Shown: piece after piece, positions 9,604 to 17,460 of the stretch
Numbering within the stretch: position 1 is the first letter of the stretch
Layout of the letters: every line of letters begins with the position of its first letter
Notes under the pieces: generated by a model
Database searches by the model: none
What the model was told of the DNA's origin: nothing
Seen by the model: only the letters and a program-made list of their open reading frames with translations
Origin: Candidatus Altiarchaeales archaeon ex4484_2
Lineage (GTDB): Archaea; Altiarchaeota; Altiarchaeia; IMC4; QMZM01
NCBI GenBank assembly: GCA_002254565.1
Contig: NJEG01000015.1
Location: 4,726 to 68,725 of the forward strand
Length of the DNA stretch: 64,000 bases
Direction: 5' to 3'
Translations under genes and position numbers: made by a program

Positions 9604-10263
9604 TTATTTTTTTGGGGTAGACTTCTTGCTCTTCCCGCCAGATCTCTTTTTCTTCACAGCCTTCTTCACAGCCTCAGGCTTCACAGCCTTCTTCACAGCC
9701 TCAGGCTTCACAGCCTTCTTCACAGCCTCAGACTCCGTGAGATCTTTGACCCCTGCCGTCTTACCATGGTCTTCGGCTACAATCAAACCCCCCCACTCCT
9801 CCTCAGAGAATAATTCATCAACATCCAGGAGGATGATAAACCTCTCCTGATCTTCCAGTATCACAATCCCATGGATGTAATCAGCATGTATATTCTTTGT
9901 TATTATATCCGGCGGCTCCTTAATGTGGTCGCTATCCACCCTCAGGACATGGGATATGTCATCCACTATAACCCCAAGCATCCGACCCCCAGTCTCCACC
10001 AGAATTATGTGGGTGCCATCTTCATCCCTGCCCAGATTAAACCTCTCCTTGAGGTCAACGACAACAACAATCTTACCCCTGACGTTGATGATGCCCTTAA
10101 TAACAGCAGGCGTTCTAGGCACAGGAGTGATGCTGGACATCCTAATTATTTCCCGTACCTTATGTATCTCGAATGCGTGTTCCTCATCACCCAACTTGAA
10201 CACCACAATCTGAACTTCCTCGCCTGACTTCTTCTCATCCGTCTCATAATTTGCTAGAGCCAT
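9604..10263 (-). CDS. cheW: CheW coupling protein with a C-terminal Lys/Ala/Pro-rich repeat tail
   Basis: CheW domain (VVFKLGDEEHAFEIHKVREI...INVRGKIVVVVDL), followed by AVKKAVKPE 3 times and then KKKRSGGKSKKSTPKK. Confidence 0.85.
   Translation of the reverse strand: MALANYETDEKKSGEEVQIVVFKLGDEEHAFEIHKVREIIRMSSITPVPRTPAVIKGIINVRGKIVVVVDLKERFNLGRDEDGTHIILVETGGRMLGVIVDDISHVLRVDSDHIKEPPDIITKNIHADYIHGIVILEDQERFIILLDVDELFSEEEWGGLIVAEDHGKTAGVKDLTESEAVKKAVKPEAVKKAVKPEAVKKAVKKKRSGGKSKKSTPKK
9652..9731 (-). repeat. 27-bp tandem repeat (~3 copies) encoding the CheW basic tail
   Basis: The plus-strand unit cttcacagccttcttcacagcctcagg repeats at 9652, 9679 and 9706. Confidence 0.9.
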
Positions 10264-10373
10264 CTTTAAGTTAAACTAGCCCCCCATTCTCAGGTTTCTC
10301 CTTATTCTGTTGCTTGGAAATCTTGAACTTAGCTGTATTCCTGTTTAAGTCATCAGCTAGGTCGCGGAACTCT

Positions 10374-11834
10374 TCAGATATCGGTAATTTCCGAGATTAT
10401 CCCAACAACCTGCTGCGCTCCACTGGACTGCTCCTGCGCACCAGCTGAAAGCTCCCCCACCTGCGTTGAAACATCAGCTATGGAGTCACTTATCTGCTCA
10501 AGAGACTTCAAGGCTCTGCCAACAACCTCCGTTCCCTCCCTCACCTTTAACGTGCTTTTCTCCATACTATCCACGCTCTTGCTTGTCGAATCCTGCATTC
10601 CCTCAATAAGCCCGGATATTTTATCAGCTGCCTCAGCGCTTGACTCAGCGAGCTTTCTAACCTCATCGGCAACAACAGCGAATCCTCTGCCCGCATCACC
10701 TGCTCTCGCAGCCTCTATAGTAGCGTTTAACGCCAGAAGGTTGGTTTGCTCGGCTATATGCGTTATGGTGCTGACAATCTTCCCAATCTCCTGACTCTTC
10801 TCGTTGAGGCCGGATATGCTTGCAGCAGACTCATCAACACTGTTTCTGATTTCAGCCAGACTCTCCAAACCCTTACCGGCGCTTTCACCACCCTCTTGTG
10901 CGACCTTGTTCACTTCGCTGGTTTTCTCCGCTGCCGACTCTATGCTCCTAGCCATCTGGTCTAATGTGGATGACATGTCCACAACCGTCTTCCTAGCCTC
11001 TTCCGTCTTCTCGGACTGCTCCTGAGAACTCTTGGATATTCCCTGCGTGGTCTTTGATATCTCCTCAGCCATGTCACTGACCTGCTTAGCGTTATTTAAT
11101 AACTGCTCCCCACCAGTTGCTAATGATGTGGAGGTGTCGGTTATTCCAGCAATTAAATCTGTGAAGTCTCCAATCATAACGTTTATGTTCTGTGCCAGAC
11201 TCTTAATGTATGAATTCTTGATGTCTTCATTGGCTCTTAGAGTTAAGTCCCCGGCTCCTGCGCCCTGGGTCACATCAATAATCGAGGCTATTCCGGTAGC
11301 CAGTTCCTTGTTGGTTTCCTCTATCAGCTCGACCTTCTCCGCTAGGCTTTGAGCAACGAGGTTGATGTCTTCTCCCAGCATCTTCACCTCAGGAACATCT
11401 ATGGCATCGGTGTCTGCTCTGGCTTTATAGTCTCCCTCCGATACCTTAGCGAGAGTGATGGAGAGTTTATTAATTCCCTCCTTCATGCTCCTGGAATTAT
11501 GTAACAAAGTCGCTGCGGCATCATTAATGTCCATGCCCAGCATCTTCACCTCAGGAACATCTATCTCGTTAACATCCACCTGGCTCTCATATTTGCCATC
11601 GATTATCTTAGCCAGGACAGCGGAGAGTTTGCTGACCCCAATCTCTATATCCTTTTTATTTTTAAGCAACTGTTTCTCCTTATTTTTCAGTTCAGTTATG
11701 TCGGTTACATACTCCAATGCCCCAATGATGTTCCCATCATCATCCTTAATCGGCGCGCCAGTGTATCTAATCGGCAGATCCTCTCCCGTTGCGCGAGAGA
11801 TGGTTTCAGCAGTGAACGTATCATCTTTGTCCAT
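10374..11834 (-). CDS. methyl-accepting chemotaxis protein, C-terminal part: second half of a PAS domain, two HAMP-like modules, signalling domain. No TM helix.
   Basis: Conserved MCP hairpin region ([36 protein letters not shown]). The frame stays open upstream of the ATG to ~11879 ([19 protein letters not shown]...). Confidence 0.85.
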   Translation of the reverse strand: MDKDDTFTAETISRATGEDLPIRYTGAPIKDDDGNIIGALEYVTDITELKNKEKQLLKNKKDIEIGVSKLSAVLAKIIDGKYESQVDVNEIDVPEVKMLGMDINDAAATLLHNSRSMKEGINKLSITLAKVSEGDYKARADTDAIDVPEVKMLGEDINLVAQSLAEKVELIEETNKELATGIASIIDVTQGAGAGDLTLRANEDIKNSYIKSLAQNINVMIGDFTDLIAGITDTSTSLATGGEQLLNNAKQVSDMAEEISKTTQGISKSSQEQSEKTEEARKTVVDMSSTLDQMARSIESAAEKTSEVNKVAQEGGESAGKGLESLAEIRNSVDESAASISGLNEKSQEIGKIVSTITHIAEQTNLLALNATIEAARAGDAGRGFAVVADEVRKLAESSAEAADKISGLIEGMQDSTSKSVDSMEKSTLKVREGTEVVGRALKSLEQISDSIADVSTQVGELSAGAQEQSSGAQQVVGIISEITDI

Positions 11835-11842
11835 AGCCTGCT

Positions 11843-12436
11843 TCAGACGACATTCATCAGTACCATAATGGGAGTAGGTACCCGGTTGAGGTAGTCCACC
11901 TTCTCGCCGGCGTCCTCAAGCATTTTCTCAAGTGTCTCCGAGATAACGTCTAAGGCAATATTGATGTCCTCACCCAGCATCTTCACCTCAGGAACATCTA
12001 TCTCGTTAACATCCACCCTGACATCATAATCACCACTAGCTACCTTAGCCAGAGTATTAGATAGTTTATTAACCCCCTTCTGTATCTCATAAGTGTTGTT
12101 CTCTAAGACCTTGACGGCGTCGTTGATGTCTTCACCCAACATCTTCACCTCAGGAACATCTATCGCGTCAACATCCACCTTAGCCTTATAGTTCCCGGTA
12201 GCTATCTTAGCTAAAATGTTGGAAATTCGATTAATCTCTACATCAAGCTTTCTCTTTTCTGTAGCTGCTTTTTTATCTGATTTTTTATCCATTTTCTCCC
12301 CTAATTGCTCATTGGTTTCGGAGGCGGGAGCCTTATCTTTCCCTTCTATGCTCTCCCCTCGTTTATCAGATTCTTCCCTCTCAAAGAACTTTTTTCTACC
12401 CTTCTTTTCACCCTTCTTCTTAGCCATTTTATGCAA
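11843..12436 (-). CDS. N-terminal fragment of the same MCP: basic tail, two HAMP-like modules, start of a PAS domain
   Basis: [16 protein letters not shown] tail. Modules share [14 protein letters not shown] with the downstream ORF. It ends in [10 protein letters not shown], the start of a PAS domain, 8 nt before the next ORF and in a different frame. Confidence 0.7.
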   Translation of the reverse strand: MHKMAKKKGEKKGRKKFFEREESDKRGESIEGKDKAPASETNEQLGEKMDKKSDKKAATEKRKLDVEINRISNILAKIATGNYKAKVDVDAIDVPEVKMLGEDINDAVKVLENNTYEIQKGVNKLSNTLAKVASGDYDVRVDVNEIDVPEVKMLGEDINIALDVISETLEKMLEDAGEKVDYLNRVPTPIMVLMNVV

Positions 12437-12519
12437 TACATTAAACTAAATGAACCTGAAAAAAAAACAATGAGAGGCTGCCTTGATTAAAGGACAACCA
12501 CCCATCCAAGATAACCCCA

Positions 12520-12738
12520 CTAATCAGCCGTTAGGCTTTCATCAGTGCTACCATCTGGTAGAAGAGTAATTGGTGCTTTCTTATCCTTCAGAGACAACTG
12601 GTATCGAGCACAAGCCTCGTAATTACCCTTACAGTAGTGTCTGGTCCAGATTTGCTTTGCAGCATCCCCACTGAATTTCTCAAATATCGGGCACTCATCC
12701 AACTTAGGGCAGTTTTCCGCCATAGCATTCACCTCCAC
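12520..12738 (-). CDS. small conserved-looking 4-Cys protein (72 aa), function unknown
   Basis: Cysteine pattern CPKLDECPIFEKF...YCKGNYEACARY. It sits in the same orientation between parA-like and the MCP. Confidence 0.5.
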   Translation of the reverse strand: MEVNAMAENCPKLDECPIFEKFSGDAAKQIWTRHYCKGNYEACARYQLSLKDKKAPITLLPDGSTDESLTAD

Positions 12739-12785
12739 TATTTTTTTAGATAAACTATCTTATGGACAATCTATCGATTTAATTA

Positions 12786-13628
12786 TCATGTTCCATCCAG
12801 CAACCCGCTGCTAATCTCCTTGTATATGCGGTTTATGCCATGCCCCGGGTTGTAGTAACACAAGGGCAGGCCCGCTGACTGGGCATTATATATCTCGGGA
12901 GAGTAGGGTATCACATGCAGGTTTTCCCCAAATGACTTGTTTATTGATAAAAAAATCTGCACATTATCCTTCACATCCAACGACGGATGCCTGTAGGAGG
13001 ATATAAGATTTGACAACATACGAGAGAACCTGTAGGATAATGAATCCTGGGGCACGGTTAATGTTACAGCATGGATGTTTATGTCAGAGCTAAGCTCCTT
13101 CTCTATGTCACCAAGCAAGGTGGTGAAGTCCCTGATACTTTCCATGGTGAAGGCTCCAGTATCCAAGGGGAGGATAATACGGTCAGCAGCATAAACCGAA
13201 TTAATAAGAAAGTAACCATAGCTTGGGGGGGTATCCACCAAAACAAAATCATAGAAACCCCTTATTCCATCCATTGAATCCCTCAACACAGTAAAGGGAT
13301 TGTCTGCCTTATGTATCTGGGTCAGTATCCCTGATAAGTCCAGGGTTGCTGGAGCTATATCCAGATTTTTTACCTCAGTGGTCAGAATCACATCCTCCAG
13401 CAGGGTTTTTTCATCGCCAGTGCATCCACTCAACAGGACGTCATACATGCAGGCATCTATCTCCTCGCCATCTAAACCCAAAGCTGATGTTGCATTACCC
13501 TGAGGATCTGAATCAACAACCAAAACATTCCTGTTATTCCTCGCTAACTCACCAGCAAGATTCACACACGATGTTGTCTTCCCCGTGCCGCCTTTATGGT
13601 TAGCGAAAACAACACACTTACCCTCCAT
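12786..13628 (-). CDS. ParA/Soj-family ATPase
   Basis: Walker A NHKGGTGKTT and the VVDSDPQGNAT motif. Confidence 0.8.
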   Translation of the reverse strand: MEGKCVVFANHKGGTGKTTSCVNLAGELARNNRNVLVVDSDPQGNATSALGLDGEEIDACMYDVLLSGCTGDEKTLLEDVILTTEVKNLDIAPATLDLSGILTQIHKADNPFTVLRDSMDGIRGFYDFVLVDTPPSYGYFLINSVYAADRIILPLDTGAFTMESIRDFTTLLGDIEKELSSDINIHAVTLTVPQDSLSYRFSRMLSNLISSYRHPSLDVKDNVQIFLSINKSFGENLHVIPYSPEIYNAQSAGLPLCYYNPGHGINRIYKEISSGLLDGT

Positions 13629-13633
13629 TTTAC

Positions 13634-13685
13634 CCTGTTAGATATTAATACACTAACCAATATAAATGTGCATGTATCTAACAGG
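13634..13685. promoter_or_regulatory. 11-bp perfect inverted repeat in the divergent parA-like/cheY intergenic region (candidate operator)
   Basis: CCTGTTAGATA at 13634-13644 and TATCTAACAGG at 13675-13685, with a 30-nt AT-rich spacer. Confidence 0.35.
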
Positions 13686-13784
13686 TTATATACTGACATT
13701 TATTAATTGTTATAATTTATCAGCAAACTATTTATTTGATGATGGAGAATATAATATAAACAGAACTAAAAGAGGAGATTCATC

Positions 13785-14147
13785 ATGAGTAAAATATTAA
13801 CCGCGGACGATTCTGTATTTATGAGGAAGATATTGATTAAGATACTCAACAAGATGGGACATAAAGATATCATTGAGGCAGAGAACGGAGATGATGCGCT
13901 TAGGATATTCAAGGAGGAAACGCCCGATCTTGTCTTGCTCGATATTGTCATGAAGGGTAAATATGGAATAGACGTACTAAAGGACATAATGAAAATCAAC
14001 CCTGATGCTAGGGTAATCATGGTTTCTGCAGTGGGACAGGAGAGTATATTACATGAGGCCAAGGATATAGGAGCGAAGGATTTCATAACCAAGCCCTTTA
14101 AGGAAGAAATGGTAATCGAGACAATAAATAGGGTTCTTAAGTCATAA
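13785..14147 (+). CDS. cheY: chemotaxis response regulator CheY
   Basis: A 120-aa single receiver domain (ILTADDSVFMR, LVLLDIVMKG, KDFITKPF). Confidence 0.9.
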   Translation: MSKILTADDSVFMRKILIKILNKMGHKDIIEAENGDDALRIFKEETPDLVLLDIVMKGKYGIDVLKDIMKINPDARVIMVSAVGQESILHEAKDIGAKDFITKPFKEEMVIETINRVLKS

Positions 14148-14195
14148 CTGCCGGTTTCAGTAGTTCTAGGATTATTCCAGTAACTGCACCATAAA

Positions 14196-15782
14196 ATGAC
14201 TGAAGACATGCGGGAGTATTTAGATTTATATCTAAGCGAAGCCGAAGACCTGCTGCAGTCGCTGAATGAATCCCTTCTAGAGTTCGAGAAAACCCCCGAA
14301 AAGAAGGAGTACATAGATGAAATACAAAGATGTGTTCACACCCTGAAAAGCAGCTCTGCCTCTATGGGATTCAACCAGATTTCTGAACTATCCCATTGCA
14401 TGGAGGATGTGTTGGGAGGTATGAAGAAGGATGAGATTGAGATAAACGACTATGTTGTTGATATAATATTCGAGTGCTTTGATGTCTTGGAGAGAGGCGT
14501 GGACAACGTCAGGAAAGGTAAAGAGGAGCCTGACGTATCCAACGTCCTCAAGCATCTGGATAAGATAAAGGAGGGTAGGATTGATTCACTGGAGGAGGAT
14601 GTTGAGGGTGGAGAGCTGGCTGATAAACCCCATACACTGAAGACTGTGCACTCCATAAAGGTTAACGTAGAGAGTCTGGATAAACTCCTCGAGCTGGTTG
14701 GTGAACTATTGATTGCCAAGATGAGACTCCAGAACATCAACAGCCATATAGATGATGCGGACCTTGATGAGTTAACAACACTCCTTAGCCGGTTGATAGA
14801 GGATATACAGTACCAGATCACCGAGGCCAGGATGATTCCCGTCGACCACATATTCTCTCGATTTCCCCGGATGGTGCGGGATATCGCGAAAAGAGAGGGT
14901 AAAAGGGTTAGTTTCGTAATAAAGGGCAGTGAAATCAAGCTGGACCGGACCATACTAGACAAGATAGGTGAGCCCCTGATCCACCTTCTGAGGAATGCAG
15001 TAGACCATGGGATAGAGATGCCTGAGGAGAGAAAAGATAGGGGTAAGCAGGAAACGGGAACCATAAAGCTCACAGCCAGAAGGGAGAGGAACAAGGCAGT
15101 AATAGAAATCGAAGACGATGGAGAAGGCTTTGATGCAGAGGCTATAAAAGATGTAGCTGCTAGAAAGGGGTTGTATTCAAGGGAACAACTTAATTTGATG
15201 GCCGAGAAGGATCTATTTAATCTGCCTTTCCAGCCCAACTTCAGCACCTCCAAAAAGGTCACGAACGTCTCGGGCAGAGGGGTTGGGTTGGATGTGGTTA
15301 AAACCAGGATAGAGGAACTCAACGGCACAGTAAAAATGGAGTGTGAAAGAGACAAGGGCACCAGGTTCACTATCACCCTGCCTTTAAGCCTTGCCATAAT
15401 AAAGAGCCTGCTGATTGATGTATGCGATGGAACCTACGTAATCCCCATCTCTAACGTGATGCGGATACTGCCCTCCAGGGACGCCCACATAAGACATATT
15501 GAAGGAAGCGAGTGCATTGTATTAGACAATGAGACAATACCCATCATCAGAATCAAGGATAAATTCAATATCAAAGGAGAAAGCCCCGACAAAAATTTTG
15601 TAATTATCATAGAAAAAGGTAGCGAAAAAATCGGGCTGGTGGCCGACAGGATAGTGGGACAGCAGGAGATAATGATAAAGAACCTGGACAAAGAGCTTAG
15701 AGAGTTGAAGGGCATAGCTGGAGCCAGCATCCTAAGCGACGGGAATCTTGCTTTGGTCATCGACATTTCAGGGATAACATGA
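14196..15782 (+). CDS. cheA: chemotaxis histidine kinase CheA (short form, no obvious P2 domain)
   Basis: Hpt site HTLKSSSASMGF, an HATPase_c domain (LLRNAVDHGIE, GRGVGLDVV), and a C-terminal CheW-like domain. Confidence 0.9.
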   Translation: MTEDMREYLDLYLSEAEDLLQSLNESLLEFEKTPEKKEYIDEIQRCVHTLKSSSASMGFNQISELSHCMEDVLGGMKKDEIEINDYVVDIIFECFDVLERGVDNVRKGKEEPDVSNVLKHLDKIKEGRIDSLEEDVEGGELADKPHTLKTVHSIKVNVESLDKLLELVGELLIAKMRLQNINSHIDDADLDELTTLLSRLIEDIQYQITEARMIPVDHIFSRFPRMVRDIAKREGKRVSFVIKGSEIKLDRTILDKIGEPLIHLLRNAVDHGIEMPEERKDRGKQETGTIKLTARRERNKAVIEIEDDGEGFDAEAIKDVAARKGLYSREQLNLMAEKDLFNLPFQPNFSTSKKVTNVSGRGVGLDVVKTRIEELNGTVKMECERDKGTRFTITLPLSLAIIKSLLIDVCDGTYVIPISNVMRILPSRDAHIRHIEGSECIVLDNETIPIIRIKDKFNIKGESPDKNFVIIIEKGSEKIGLVADRIVGQQEIMIKNLDKELRELKGIAGASILSDGNLALVIDISGIT

Positions 15783-16144
15783 GAGTCATAAACAAGACCA
15801 AAGGCTTGATCATATCCCATGAGTGTTCACTAGCCGGAAGCCTCTCCTCGAGAATGAGAGGACTTATTCTCTCCGATAAAAAGGATCTTGTTCTTGCCTC
15901 GCCCAGAGAGGATATACGGTCGTCGAGCATACACATGGCCTTCATGCAGTACCCGATTGATGTTTTGTGGCTGGACTCCAACATGAGGGTTGTTGATCTA
16001 CGAAGAAACATCCAGCCCCTTAATCCCCTGATCAAAGACACCTGGAGAGTATATAAACCCAGAGAGCCCGCGAAATATGTAGTAGAGTTAGGTAAAGAGA
16101 ATATAATAGAAACAGATATAGGGGATGAGATAGAGTTCCGCTAG
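15779..16144 (+). CDS. DUF192-family protein
   Basis: MRGL...S.IHM..M.YPIDVLWLDSNMRVVD...AKYVVEL pattern of DUF192/COG1430. An ATGA overlap links it to the cheA stop. Confidence 0.65.
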   Translation: MRVINKTKGLIISHECSLAGSLSSRMRGLILSDKKDLVLASPREDIRSSSIHMAFMQYPIDVLWLDSNMRVVDLRRNIQPLNPLIKDTWRVYKPREPAKYVVELGKENIIETDIGDEIEFR

Positions 16145-16180
16145 ATGAGATAAAAACCTAAAATAACATATTCTTCTTGT

Positions 16181-16933
16181 ATGAAACCATCACCCAATGC
16201 AGATTTATGCAATCAACTGAACAGGGACCTTGAGGAAAGGAAACTCATCCAGATAGTCTGCAGCTGCAGCATAGAATACGATGGCAGATCCAAATCCAGC
16301 ATCGGGGAGGGGCACAGGATAATAATCATAAAACCCGACTCCACTCTCTTGATTCATAGCATAAGCGGCTTTAAACCGGTTAACTGGATGCGAGCCCCGA
16401 CAGAAACCATTGCTGAATATGTTAAGAGAGGTGGAGAGGAGATAATCCTACGCAGCGGTAGAACAAAGAAACCCTACGAGGACCTGAGTGTTCACATATA
16501 TGAAGTCCTTGACCACAGGACATACAGCAACCTGCAGGACAGGGAGGCGTTGGATTTAAGGCACACGGAAAAGGATTTACAGGACCATCTGGTCAGGAAC
16601 CCCAAACTCGTTCATCCAGAATTCCGTTTGAAGTCCAGAGAGTACCAGTCCCCACTCGGCTTCTTCGACCTCTACGGCAAGATAGGTGACTCCTATGTTG
16701 TGGTCGAGTTGAAGGTGGAAAGAGCGGGATTACCTGCTGCCCTGCAGATTAAGAGATACAGGGACTGGCTTCAACAGCATATGGAGAATTCCGGGGGGAT
16801 ACTTGTGGCTCCGAGCATAACGCCTAATGCAAGAATACTATTGAGGAAAGAGAATATAGAGTTCAAAAAAATCAGGGTCCAGGACCTGGAGATGGAAAGG
16901 AAAAGAACCAAGAAACTCAGTGAATGGTGCTGA
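16181..16933 (+). CDS. nucS: endonuclease NucS/EndoMS
   Basis: An N-terminal beta-barrel region plus the RecB-like nuclease core (FFDLYGKIGDSYVVVELKVERAG). Confidence 0.8.
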   Translation: MKPSPNADLCNQLNRDLEERKLIQIVCSCSIEYDGRSKSSIGEGHRIIIIKPDSTLLIHSISGFKPVNWMRAPTETIAEYVKRGGEEIILRSGRTKKPYEDLSVHIYEVLDHRTYSNLQDREALDLRHTEKDLQDHLVRNPKLVHPEFRLKSREYQSPLGFFDLYGKIGDSYVVVELKVERAGLPAALQIKRYRDWLQQHMENSGGILVAPSITPNARILLRKENIEFKKIRVQDLEMERKRTKKLSEWC

Positions 16934-16936
16934 ACC

Positions 16937-17431
16937 CTATTCTTTTCTCAGGCAAATCCCATCCCTGCAGCCGTAACGGCAGTTGTAGTAGATAGATTTT
17001 ATTTCACCTTTCTCGCAATAATACTCCCTTAACATATCCCCCTCACATATGTCGTTGACCACCCTCCCGTCCCTGTGGATTACTGTGCCATGTATGTGGT
17101 ATTCTCTGCCCCCATCAGTGTCTCTACACTCCAGAAGGGTTGTTGTTGTAGAGGATGTTGTGGTGGGTGAGGTTGTTGTAGAGGATGTTGTGGTGGGTGA
17201 GGTTGTTGTAGAGGATGTTGTGGTGGGTGAGGTTGTTGTAGTTATGTAGTAGATTGTTGTGGTATATGCTGTTGACGTGGAGATGGTGGGAGCAGTTGAT
17301 GTGGTGGAAATGCTAAAAGAGGATGTTGTGGATGAGGACTTGGGGGGTTGTTCAGGAGTCTCCACGATACAACCAGTAAACAACAATAGAGATAGTGTAA
17401 GTACCAGAATGATGTGGTGATTTTTTTCCAT
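16937..17431 (-). CDS. secreted, possibly lipid-anchored protein with a Thr/Ser-rich repeat and a C-terminal Cys-rich domain
   Basis: Signal/lipobox-like LLLFTGC, TTSPTTTSST 3 times, then a CRDTDGG...DICEG...YYCEKG...CRYGCRDGIC domain. The start is taken at the MEKNHH methionine. Confidence 0.55.
   Translation of the reverse strand: MEKNHHIILVLTLSLLLFTGCIVETPEQPPKSSSTTSSFSISTTSTAPTISTSTAYTTTIYYITTTTSPTTTSSTTTSPTTTSSTTTSPTTTSSTTTTLLECRDTDGGREYHIHGTVIHRDGRVVNDICEGDMLREYYCEKGEIKSIYYNCRYGCRDGICLRKE
17138..17242 (-). repeat. 30-bp tandem repeat (~3.4 copies) encoding the Thr/Ser-rich linker
   Basis: The unit ggttgttgtagaggatgttgtggtgggtga is perfect at 17171-17200 and 17201-17230, with variant copies flanking. 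Confidence 0.9.
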
Positions 17432-17460
17432 GGATATATATGGATTTATCCGGTAATTAA

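Noticed and set aside
14450-15397. Long antisense ORFs on the strand opposite strongly conserved genes. Examples are 14450..15397 and 13766..14314 (versus cheA/cheY), 25954..26559 (versus dnaG), 27599..28246 (versus rpoB), 44665..45300 (versus lonB), 57300..57923 (versus hel308) and 10480..11868 (versus the MCP).
   Set aside because: Their translations are low-complexity and Ser/Leu/Pro-rich with no recognisable motifs. The opposite strand encodes well-conserved proteins across the full length. These are typical shadow ORFs.
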